In this document: piece after piece, positions 23,978 through 33,556 of the stretch | Layout of the letters: the number at the start of each line of letters is the position of its first letter | Numbering within the stretch: the first letter of the stretch is position 1 | Assembly: GCA_963796965.1 (NCBI GenBank) | Contig: CAWCNS010000007.1 | Span: 64,001 to 128,000, forward strand | Direction: 5' to 3' | From: Calditrichia bacterium | Lineage (GTDB): Bacteria > Calditrichota > Calditrichia > JAJRVZ01 | DNA: 64,000 bases | Translations under genes and position numbers: made by a program | Notes under the pieces: generated by a model | Databases searched by the model: none | The model's input: only the letters and a program-made list of their open reading frames with translations | What the model was told of the DNA's origin: nothing

Positions 23978-25225
23978 ATGGCAAAAAAGAGATTAGGAGT
24001 AGGATTTATTGGGGGTGGTTTTATCGGACAATTTCATATCAGATCCTGGTTAGGTGTTCGGGATGCTGATATTCTTGGAATTGTTGACAAATCAGCCAAA
24101 AATGCTCAAGATTCTGCGGAATTAGCAAAAAAATTAAATGTTGGTGATGCAAAAGTATATTCTTCTGTCACAGATATGGTCTGCGACCCGGATATTGATG
24201 CCGTATGGATATGTGCACCCAACTTTACCAGGCTTGAGGTCATGGAGGAGATTGCCGATGCTGTTATTTCCGGTAAGGGTGAATTGATCGGTGTCGCCTG
24301 TGAAAAGCCTCTGGGAAGAAATGTAGCGGAAGCGCGTAAAATGTTGGAATTGGCCCAAAAGGCAAATTTACTTGATGGTTACCTGGAAGATCAGTTGTTT
24401 TCACCTGGTATGATTCGGGGTAGAAATATTGTATGGGCTCGAGGCGCTGCTTTAACGGGTCGGCCATATCTGGCACGTGCTGCTGAGGAGCATTCCGGCC
24501 CTCATATGCCCTGGTTTTGGGAGGGCAGTTTGCAAGGCGGGGGTGTTTTAAATGATATGATGTGCCATTCTGTTGAAGTGGGCCGATACCTGCTCACCGA
24601 GCCAGGCGCTGAACGCGATTCTATCCGGGCGACTAAAGTAACAGCACAAATGAATGTATTAAAATGGCAGCGACCCGAATATGTACAAATATTGAAAGAT
24701 ATGAGCGACGGTAAATTGGATTATGCAAACCGCCCATCTGAGGATTTTGCCCGTTCCCTTATTGAATACAAAGATAAAGCAGATAATACCTTGATAGTCG
24801 AGACTACTACTTCCTGGTCTTTCGTAGGCGCGGGATTACGATTAAGTACAGAACTGCTCGGACCAGAGTACTCCATGTCTATGAATTCTCTTGATGCTGG
24901 ATTAAAAGTGTTTTTCAGCCGTAAAGTGCAGGGGGATGTGGGAGAAGACCTGGTAGAAAAACAAAATGCTGAGATGGGGCTGATGCCGGTTGTCAGCCAT
25001 GAAGAAAGTGAGTATGGCTACGAGGGCGAAAACCGTTATATGGTACAGTGTTTCCTGGCTGGAAAACGTCCGGAAGAAAATTTTAGTGACGGGTTGAATG
25101 TTACCCAATTGCTCATGGCCGCTTATATGAGTGCTGAGCAGGAGAAAACAATTCCCTTTAAACCGGAATTGTTTGAAGATTATATTCCAGCTGTCGCCCG
25201 CGGCGAATGGAACCCGAAGAAATAA
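23978..25225 (+). CDS. Gfo/Idh/MocA-family NAD(P)-dependent oxidoreductase (cytoplasmic)
   Basis: GFIGGGFIG Rossmann motif, CEKPLG, GGGVLNDMMCH. Confidence 0.9.
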   Translation: MAKKRLGVGFIGGGFIGQFHIRSWLGVRDADILGIVDKSAKNAQDSAELAKKLNVGDAKVYSSVTDMVCDPDIDAVWICAPNFTRLEVMEEIADAVISGKGELIGVACEKPLGRNVAEARKMLELAQKANLLDGYLEDQLFSPGMIRGRNIVWARGAALTGRPYLARAAEEHSGPHMPWFWEGSLQGGGVLNDMMCHSVEVGRYLLTEPGAERDSIRATKVTAQMNVLKWQRPEYVQILKDMSDGKLDYANRPSEDFARSLIEYKDKADNTLIVETTTSWSFVGAGLRLSTELLGPEYSMSMNSLDAGLKVFFSRKVQGDVGEDLVEKQNAEMGLMPVVSHEESEYGYEGENRYMVQCFLAGKRPEENFSDGLNVTQLLMAAYMSAEQEKTIPFKPELFEDYIPAVARGEWNPKK

Positions 25226-25232
25226 TTAGTTA

Positions 25233-25449
25233 TCTCTCGCAGCGACGCAGAGTCGCAGCGTTATTTATTTTTTGTCATGCCGAATCCTGACCTGTCGTCA
25301 GGACAGGTTTATTTCGGCATCTTTATCTTTCTATAAAAACAGAAGATCCTGAAACAAGTTCAGGATGACAATTTGGGAAATTATTAAAATAACAAAATTT
25401 AAAACAATATAAGTGTAAATTCGTTGCGGCGCGGCGTCGCTGCGTGAAA
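25233..25449. repeat. CGCAGCGACGC element enclosing a GTCAT...ATGAC pair that itself carries a palindromic insert
   Basis: tctctcgcagcgacgcagagtcgcagcg [gtcatgccgaat(cctgacctgtcgtcaggacagg)tttatttcggcatct..agatcctgaaacaagttcaggatgac] cgttgcggcgcggcgtcgctgcgtgaaa. Confidence 0.8.
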
Positions 25450-25482
25450 TAGAAAATTACCCTACTTAAAAATGGAGTGAAA

Positions 25483-26922
25483 ATGATGACGAACAAAATT
25501 CTTATTATTTTTTTATTTATTATGGCATTTTCGATCTTAATCGCTAATGCATCAAAACCTGATGGTAATACAAATGAACAACAGGAACAAGTAGTTAATT
25601 ATAATGAAGTTAGAATCAAAAATATTCCCATCGCAATGCAATGCTGGACATTTCGGAAATTTACCTTTTTAGAAACATTGCAGCGGGTTAATAAAATGGG
25701 GATAAAATATTTGCAGGCATACCCTGGACAACAGTTAAGTGCGGAACTCAGTGATGAAAAGTTTGATCATAATATGACAGATGATCAAATCAAAATGGTC
25801 AAGGAATGGTTAAAAAAATATGACCTCGAAGTAGTCAGTTATGGAGTAGTGGGATTTGATAACACCGAAGAGAGTATGGGTAAAGTTTTTCAGTTTGCCA
25901 GAAAAATAGGTATACGTACTATCGTTATCGAGCCCAAATTTGATGATTTCTCTCTCATTGAACAGATGGTAATAAGATTTAATAAGCAGGTAGCCATACA
26001 TAATCATCCCACACCATCTAAATATGCACGGCCTCAGACTGTGTTTGGTTATATTCAAGGTCTGGATGAACGCATTGGTGTATGCGCTGATATCGGTCAT
26101 TGGACACGTACCGGCGTAAATCCAGTAGATGGATTAAAACTCTTAAAGGGCCGTATTAAAGATGTTCATATCAAAGATCTTGATCAATTTGGCGTTAAAG
26201 AGGCGCAAGATGTGGCGTATGGATATGGAAAATCCAATATCCATGATGTTTTGGCTGAACTGACTTTGCAGAATTATCGCGGATTTTTGGCAACAGAGTA
26301 TGAAAATAGCGAAAAAGTGATGACACCGGAGCCGGATATTCTCAAAGGCATTGAATATATTAAAAGCATAACCTATTATTCGGGATATACAGAATTATCT
26401 CAATCAAAACATGGCTGGAATCATTATGGCCCAGGTCACTTCTCCCTGGATGAAAAATCAGGCGTTCTTACATCCAGCGGAGGTATGGGGCTTTTCTGGT
26501 TCAGCGCAAAAAAATATAAAGATTTTGTTTTGGAATTAGATTATAAATGTTCAAAACCAACCACCAATTCAGGTGTGTTTTACAGAATCCCAGATTTTCT
26601 AACCAGCAACGACTATATCCACAAATCATTTGAAATCCAGATTGCTGATAATGTAAAAGGCAAACATGGAACTGGTGGCGTCTATGATGCAGAGGCACCA
26701 AAAGTTTTTGCCGGAAAACCAGCAGGTGAATGGAATCATTATAAAATAACCTGTGTCGGCGGTAATATAAAAGTTGAACTAAATGGTCAACTGGTTACAG
26801 ACTGGAATATGGAGCCCAGGGGTAAAATAAGGGAATGGTCTAAAGAAGGATATTTTGGACTCCAGAATCATGATAGCCATTCTCCTGTGTACTTTAAAAA
26901 TGTTCATATAAAGGAACTATAG
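25483..26922 (+). CDS. Secreted fusion: sugar-phosphate isomerase/epimerase-type TIM barrel plus DUF1080 (3-keto-disaccharide hydrolase) domain
   Basis: QCWTFR, AIHNH, CADIGHW, HIKD and EYE in the N-domain; KYKDFVLELDYK, NSGVF, EIQI, GEWNHYKI, GYFGLQNH..VYFKN in the C-domain. Confidence 0.9.
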   Translation: MMTNKILIIFLFIMAFSILIANASKPDGNTNEQQEQVVNYNEVRIKNIPIAMQCWTFRKFTFLETLQRVNKMGIKYLQAYPGQQLSAELSDEKFDHNMTDDQIKMVKEWLKKYDLEVVSYGVVGFDNTEESMGKVFQFARKIGIRTIVIEPKFDDFSLIEQMVIRFNKQVAIHNHPTPSKYARPQTVFGYIQGLDERIGVCADIGHWTRTGVNPVDGLKLLKGRIKDVHIKDLDQFGVKEAQDVAYGYGKSNIHDVLAELTLQNYRGFLATEYENSEKVMTPEPDILKGIEYIKSITYYSGYTELSQSKHGWNHYGPGHFSLDEKSGVLTSSGGMGLFWFSAKKYKDFVLELDYKCSKPTTNSGVFYRIPDFLTSNDYIHKSFEIQIADNVKGKHGTGGVYDAEAPKVFAGKPAGEWNHYKITCVGGNIKVELNGQLVTDWNMEPRGKIREWSKEGYFGLQNHDSHSPVYFKNVHIKEL

Positions 26923-26932
26923 TTTTTGAAAA

Positions 26933-27088
26933 TCTCTCGCAGAGGCGCAAAGCCGCAGAGATATTTCACAAAAAGTACAGAATAACTTATAAATTAAATT
27001 AGCATTCTACAAAGATAAAGGATTTATATTTCGTGTTTTTTATTATTAATTCGTGTTTAGTCTTAGCGTCTTAGCGGCTCTGCGAGAG
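26933..27088. repeat. CGCAGAG-type inverted-repeat element
   Basis: tctctcgcagaggcgcaaagccgcagag / cttagcgtcttagcggctctgcgagag. Confidence 0.75.
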
Positions 27089-27117
27089 GATATGAATAAT
27101 ATATAAGGATATCTCAT

Positions 27118-28026
27118 ATGATTAATCAAATGCGAAACAGCGTCGGATGGACTATTGCTTTATTGGTACTTCTCATATTAATATCCTGTGATTATGATCC
27201 CGTATTTTCACAAGATGCCTCAATGCGGGTAATGACTTTTAATATCCGTTATGATAATCCCAAGGACGGGATAAATGCCTGGCCAAACCGCAAGGATAAT
27301 GTTGCTGACTTAATAAAATTTTATGAGATAGATCTGCTTGGTGTTCAAGAAGCAGTACATGGACAGATGATTGATCTTCAGGAGCGTTTACCCAAGTATC
27401 AATGGGTCGGTGTGGCAAGGGATGATGGTGCAAAGAAAGGTGAATATTCAGCCATATTCTTTCTAAAAGAAAGGTTCAATTTAGAAGATCATGGAACCTT
27501 TTGGTTATCCGAAACACCAGAGGAGAAGGGAAGCATGGGTTGGGATGCCGCTTGTGCTCGTATCGTTACCTGGGCTCGTCTTACAGATAAGCAATCCAAT
27601 AAGACTTTTTTTATGCTTAATACTCATTTTGATCATCGGGGAGTAATTGCCAGAGAAGAAAGTGCTAAATTGTTGCGCTCAAATACTTCAACTATCGCTG
27701 GAGATTTACCAGCGGTAGTGACCGGCGATTTTAATAGTACTGACACATCAGCCATCTATAAAACGCTTACACACAAAGGGAACGACTCAAATCTAAAGTT
27801 TTACTTGAGGGATGCTTTTGATATAAGTGAAGTGCCACCCTATGGACCTGAGGCTACATTTAATGGGTTTGGGAGAATAACGAATGGTCACCGGATCGAT
27901 TATATATTTGTGACTGAGAATCTTCGGGTACTTAAACACGCTATAATAACAGACACCTGGAGTGGATTGTATCCTTCAGATCATATGCCGGTCCTGGCGG
28001 AAATAATAATACAAAATACAAAATAA
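27118..28026 (+). CDS. Endonuclease/exonuclease/phosphatase (EEP) family, secreted
   Basis: VMTFNIRYD, GVQEA, NTHFDH, TGDFN, RIDYIF and PSDHMPV motifs. Confidence 0.9.
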   Translation: MINQMRNSVGWTIALLVLLILISCDYDPVFSQDASMRVMTFNIRYDNPKDGINAWPNRKDNVADLIKFYEIDLLGVQEAVHGQMIDLQERLPKYQWVGVARDDGAKKGEYSAIFFLKERFNLEDHGTFWLSETPEEKGSMGWDAACARIVTWARLTDKQSNKTFFMLNTHFDHRGVIAREESAKLLRSNTSTIAGDLPAVVTGDFNSTDTSAIYKTLTHKGNDSNLKFYLRDAFDISEVPPYGPEATFNGFGRITNGHRIDYIFVTENLRVLKHAIITDTWSGLYPSDHMPVLAEIIIQNTK

Positions 28027-28122
28027 AAAATACAAAATTGGTCCACGGATTACGCCCGTAAAACGGACCAGGCCGAATTAACACGAATTTCATTTAACTT
28101 TACGTCTCTGTGTGAAAAGAAC

Positions 28123-28350
28123 TAAACACAAAGCCCACAAAGAAGGCACAAAGTACACAAAGAAAAAATAATTCTATTTTTTCAACTGTGGTTAATATAG
28201 ATCGTTGGTATTGACTATAAATTGACAATCAGCGAAATCAAAATCCTAATATTATTTTTAGTCTTCTTTGCGGCTCTGCGTCTTTGCGTGAGAAAAACAA
28301 AAAAAACAGAGCAAAAAAATCTTTTTATTAATACTTTGTGGTAGTCTTTT
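28123..28350. mobile_element. Non-autonomous CACAAAG-bounded element, copy 1 of 2
   Basis: About 215 bp closely matching 31145-31361, including the unique internal sequence ttcaactgtggttaatatagatc..ctataaattgacaatcagcg. Confidence 0.65.
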
Positions 28351-28394
28351 TTATTTTAACACCGTAAAAACTATGATTATGACAGGAGAATAAA

Positions 28395-29818
28395 ATGAAA
28401 GACAGTAAAGATAACCTGATGAACCGGCGGGAATTTGTTGGTACGGTTGGCGCTGCATCCGCGGCGATGGCATTCTCACCCCTATCTGTGTTAGGTCAGC
28501 AGAATAAGGGAAAAAAGATGCGATTAGCTATAGTAGGGACGGGTGTCCGCGGCAATAGTATGTGGGGACGTTCTGTTGTCCAGCAATATGGAGATATTAC
28601 CGAGTTTGTAGGTTTATGTGATATCAATGAGGGAAGACTTAATCTGGCCAAAAATTATTTACAAGTTGACTGTCCTTTATTCACCAATTTTGAAGAAATG
28701 ATGAAGACCGTCAAGCCCGATTGGTTGATTGTAACCACTGTCGATGCAACACATGATGAGTTTATCGTAAAAGGCATGGAAATGGGTGCCAATATCATTA
28801 CAGAAAAACCCATGACTACCGATGAGATGAAGTGTCAGAGAATTCTGGATACGGAGCGCAAAACAGGTAAAAAAGTTATTGTTACCTTTAATTACCGATA
28901 CAGTCCCTATATGACAAAGATAAAAGAATTACTTGCAAGTGACAGAATCGGGAAAATAGTTTCAGTGGATTTTCATTGGTATTTGAACGTTTACCATGGT
29001 GCTTCCTATTTCAGACGCTGGCATGGATTAAGGGAAAAGGGAGGCACACTGCTTGTTCACAAGGCGACCCATCATTTTGATCTGCTAAACTGGTGGCTGG
29101 ATTCGGATCCGGCACTTGTTTACGCATGGGGAGATCTTGGAGTTTTATGGAAAAAATAATGATTTCCGGTCTGAAAAATGCCGGGGATGTGAGCATAAGA
29201 AGACAATGCCAGTTCTTCTGGGACATCACCAAAGATGAAAGAATGATGAAACTCTACGCAGAAAATGAAAAATTTGATGGTTATATACGTGATGCCTGCT
29301 TGTGGCGGAAAGAAATAGACATTTATGACAAGATGGCCGCCCAAATCAAATATGCGAATAATGCCTTTGTGAGTTATTCATTAACGACCTACTCTCCCTA
29401 TGAGGGTTGGCGGATTGCTTTTAATGGAACGAAGGGGCGAATTGATGCCTGGGAGGATATACCGTGGATAGATGATGCCCAGGATCAGGCCGCATTACAT
29501 GCCAAAGAAATGGAGCAGAATTCGAAAGAAAAGCAGGAAGCCTATCGCGAGATAATGGTAATGGATAATTTTAAAAATTATGAAAGCATTAAAGTACCCA
29601 AAAGTTCCGGTGGCCACGGTGGAGGCGATACACGATTAAAGGATAAAATATTTAAAGATCCGAATATGGCTGATCCATATAAGCATGCTGCTGGAACACG
29701 GGATGGTGCTATGTCGATATTGGTGGGAATTGCTGCCAGAAACAGTATTGAACAAAAGAAACAAATTCGGGTTGAGGATCTGACTGATTTAAAGCCGATG
29801 GCTAAACGGCCGGTTTGA
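28395..29818 (+). CDS. Tat-exported Gfo/Idh/MocA oxidoreductase (frameshifts near 29135-29200)
   Basis: MNRREFVG Tat motif; AIVGTGVRG, TEKPMT, HGASYFRRWH, HKATHHFD, GGHGGGD. Confidence 0.9.
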
Positions 29819-29843
29819 TTTGCCTAAGAATTTAATTCAATAA

Positions 29844-30031
29844 TTCTCGCAAAGACGCGGAGACGCGAAGAAATTTATCCACGAATTACTCCCGTAGAAC
29901 GGGACAAGTCAAATTAATCCGAATTTCATGGATGCTCAAGATGAAAACAGGAAAACCGTAATAAAAAGTAATAAATGTATACTATAATTTATTTTTTTCT
30001 TTTCTCTGCGTCTTAGCGACTTTGCGAGAGA
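29844..30031. repeat. GCAAAGACGC-type inverted-repeat element with inner CACGAATT arm
   Basis: tctcgcaaagacgcggagacgcgaag..ccacgaattac / tctctgcgtcttagcgactttgcgagag. Confidence 0.75.
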
Positions 30032-30108
30032 GTTTTCTGTTTTGATAAGTGTTTAGATAAGGCAGTACATATAAAAAGATTATAAGTTTACCTTTAGGTA
30101 TCAATATA

Positions 30109-30993
30109 ATGAAAAATAAATATTTTCTTTTACTCCTCGTCATTGCAATAATCATTTCCGGTTGTGTCGGTGAGGAAAATATCTCTGTCTATCATTATTA
30201 TGATTATGACCAGGAATTTCCTCTTCAGGATTCTGTCCGATTAGAATCTGAGACAGAACAATACCGTATGTTTTATGTGACCTATAAAAGTTTTCATGAT
30301 GCAACAGTTACAGGTCTATTAACCCTGCCTAAAAATGTAGAGCCCCCATTTCCTATAATTTTATTTCTGCATGGAATTAAGGACCATAAGTCTTATGATT
30401 ATATGGAGTTAGGACATCAGTTCTTAGTTGACAGTGGATATGCCATACTACGTATTGATGGGGCCAATCATGGGGATCGTAAAATTCATGATTTTAAATA
30501 TAATTTTGTCGAAGGGTATAAATTCTGGACACGTGATTTAATCGCTCAAACGGTTTTTGATCTGCGTCGGGGGATTGACTTTCTCGAAAAGAGAAAAGAA
30601 ATTGATAAAGAACGCATCGGTTTTCTTGGAATCAGTTTGGGTGGTGTTATCGGAACCATATTCTGTGGCGTGGATACGCGGATTAAAGTGCCTGTCATTG
30701 CTTTGGCTGGAGGCGGCCTACAATTTATATTTAAGTATGATGCCTTTACATCAGAAGCAAAAAATTATGTTAGTATCATTGATCCAATTAATTTTGTTGG
30801 TGGCATTTCTCCCCGCCCGTTATTAATGATCAATGCCGAAAATGATGAGGTTGTCCCGCCGATGACATCTAAATTACTCTTTGAAAAGGCTGATGAGCCA
30901 AAAAAAATAATTTGGTATCCCACCAAACATCGGGAAATTCCGCAGAACGAAGTCTATCCTCAGGCTATAAGGTGGTTTAAGGAGCATCTGTAA
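30109..30993 (+). CDS. Alpha/beta-hydrolase (esterase-like) lipoprotein
   Basis: Lipobox ISGC; LHG, nucleophile elbow GISLGG, D in NDEVVP, H in PTKH. Confidence 0.85.
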   Translation: MKNKYFLLLLVIAIIISGCVGEENISVYHYYDYDQEFPLQDSVRLESETEQYRMFYVTYKSFHDATVTGLLTLPKNVEPPFPIILFLHGIKDHKSYDYMELGHQFLVDSGYAILRIDGANHGDRKIHDFKYNFVEGYKFWTRDLIAQTVFDLRRGIDFLEKRKEIDKERIGFLGISLGGVIGTIFCGVDTRIKVPVIALAGGGLQFIFKYDAFTSEAKNYVSIIDPINFVGGISPRPLLMINAENDEVVPPMTSKLLFEKADEPKKIIWYPTKHREIPQNEVYPQAIRWFKEHL

Positions 30994-31144
30994 AAAATTG
31001 GTTCATGAAGTTCCACGAGGGAATCACGAAGCGTTATTGAATTCTCTTATAAAGATAATCTTCTTCCGGAAATTATCATGATTTTTATTTATATATAGTT
31101 TTTGTCTGTTTTCTAATGATCTACTTAATTGTTAATCTGACTTT

Positions 31145-31460
31145 TAAACACAAAGTACACCAAGAATACACAAAGTACACAAAGAAAAAATATTTCTATT
31201 TTTTCAACTGTGGTTAATATAGATCATTGGTATCGACTATAAATTGACAATCAGCGAGATCAAAATCCAAATATTATTTTTTGCATTCTTTGCGTCTCTG
31301 CGTCTTTGCGTGAGAAAAACAAAAAACATGGCACAAAAAAACTTTTTATAAATACTTTGTGATCTTAATGCCTTTGAAATCTTGGAGGATTTCATCCCGA
31401 GATATCTACATGATGTAGATATTTATATGGGGACTTGGTGAACTTTGTGATAGTCTTTTT
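31145..31460. mobile_element. Non-autonomous CACAAAG-bounded element, copy 2 of 2, with a 60-bp double-hairpin insert (31375-31434)
   Basis: Matches 28123-28350; extra segment lies between two ACTTTGTG repeats. Confidence 0.65.
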
Positions 31461-31570
31461 AAATTTGCCCCTATAAAACGGGGCTGACTCGGAAGGCATA
31501 ATTATGATTTATTTAGAAACTTGGATATTAACGAATAAATGGTAGACAATATTGTCGGAGATAAATAAAA

Positions 31571-33407
31571 ATGACTAATACAAAAAAACGCATCTTCCAG
31601 GGTCTTGCTGCTCTTATAATCATACTGATCGTTGTTAATTGGGGGCGACTTGGCGGGGCTTACCGGGTTTACAGAGTTGTTGATCAGTTGAGCACGCAAA
31701 TACAAGAGGGAAATGACAGCCTATTGTTTAGAATTGATGCTGATTGGGGTATTGGGGATCGCCATAAATCTGTTCTCGCTGTCGTCGATTATAAAAAAAA
31801 TGTACATTTTCTCGCTGATGTGCTTTATGATAATACCCGGATTAAAATTACTAGGCAATGATCTCCAAACAAATGTCGATTTAGTAAAATCAGGCTTGAG
31901 AATATCAGGGGAAGGAGCAGAGAGAAGAAATTTTGATCTGCTACTATTGCTAGGTGAAATCCTGAATAACCATCCCGCTTTTGCGAAAGCCGTCTCTCTT
32001 GATCTGATTGATAAATCTGGTATCGCGGCCTGGGCATTCTATAATTGCGAATTTGATGATGATGGTACTTATAAAATTGTCCGCTTTCCAAAGGAATCAA
32101 CCGGTCTTGATGTAGAATTTAAGATAGATGGAGAGTCCTGGCAAGATATCAAACTAGCCATTGTAGATGAAAATAATCCGGTAATGATTCAATTGAAACT
32201 TGATGATTTTGATTTACTTGATAATCTATCCTCAGGTGAGATTGAAAAGGAGTTAACGGTGGACAGGGTTGAATTAGACCGTGCTATTCATCATGGTGTC
32301 CGTCGGGCAGCTGGTATTTTACTAGAAAATGCTCGTCCTCCGCAGTTGGATACAACCGAACAAAGATTCGGAAATGCTATATTAACCTTTAAGAATAATA
32401 ATCGCATGTTGATCGCAAAGGGATCTCATCGTGAAATCGGAACTGCACATGGTACTTTGTTAAAACCCGAAATTCGTAAAATGATTGACGCGACTTTGTA
32501 TACGGTGGGTTGGGTTTATACAGCTGAAAGAAAAAGATGGTTTATCGATGATATGCGGGCTGCCTACAAAAGACTTGAACCATTTATTCCTAAAAAATAT
32601 ATAGATGAAATGAATTCAATGTCAGAGGCAACCGGATATTCTATAGAAGAGATAAAATTGACTAATGTCTTCCCGGCTCTTTTTCATTGCTCTGGGTTTG
32701 CCTTGTTTGGTGAATCGACTCAAAATGGTAGACTTTATCATGGAAGAGTTTTGGATTATATGACTGGAATAGGTCTTCAGCATCATGCGGTGGTATTTGC
32801 TCTAAAACCTGAAGGAAGTAATGGCTTTGTAAATATTGGCTATGCAGGATTTGTTGGATCAGTTTCTGGAATGAATGACAAACAAGTGGCTTTTGGTGAG
32901 ATGGGTGGACGGGGAGAAGGTGATTGGGATGGTATGCCAATGGCATTTCTGATGCGTGATGGTCTTGAAAGAACAAAAAGCCTTGAGGAGGCTATATCCC
33001 TGTTTCGTGATACACCGAGAACCTGTGAGTACTTTTATGTGATTTCGGATGGGAAAATTCCCGATGCCCGTGGCTTATCTACGACGCCAAGCCGATTTGA
33101 AATTGTAGAACCCGGTAAGTTCCATGAGCAGCTTCAACATCCTGTCCGGGACGCTGTCCTGATGTCAGCCGGTGATCGTTATGAAAAATTAGCGGAGCGC
33201 GTACAAGAAAATTTTGCAAAAATAGGATCTGAGGAAGCCATTCACTTAATGGATAGACCAGTAGCGATGAAGAGTAATCTGCATAATGTCTTATTTGCGC
33301 CTCAAACTTTAGAATTCTGGGTCGCAAATGCCGGTTCTAATACCCCCGCGGCAAACGAGCCCTACACACATTATTCCTTAGCAGAATTGCTTGGGATGAT
33401 TAATTAA
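31571..33407 (+). CDS. C45-family Ntn-hydrolase with N-terminal extension (frameshift near 31850)
   Basis: GSHREIGTAHG, HCSGF, GRVLDY, SGMNDKQV, LEFWVA; N-terminal signal/TM segment in ORF 31571-31861. Confidence 0.8.
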
Positions 33408-33429
33408 AGTCCTTAATAAAATGTTTGTT

Positions 33430-33527
33430 TAACCACAAAGTTCACAAAGAAGGCACAAAGATCTCAAAGATATTATATATTATTTCTCTGTGAACTTTGT
33501 GCCTACTTGGAGTTCTTTGTGTTTAAA
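33430..33527. repeat. CACAAAG-type inverted-repeat element
   Basis: aaccacaaagttcacaaagaaggcacaaagatctcaaag / ctctgtgaactttgtgcctacttggagttctttgtgttt. Confidence 0.8.
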
Positions 33528-33556
33528 GAGAATGAACGACAGGTAAAATTTAGAAA

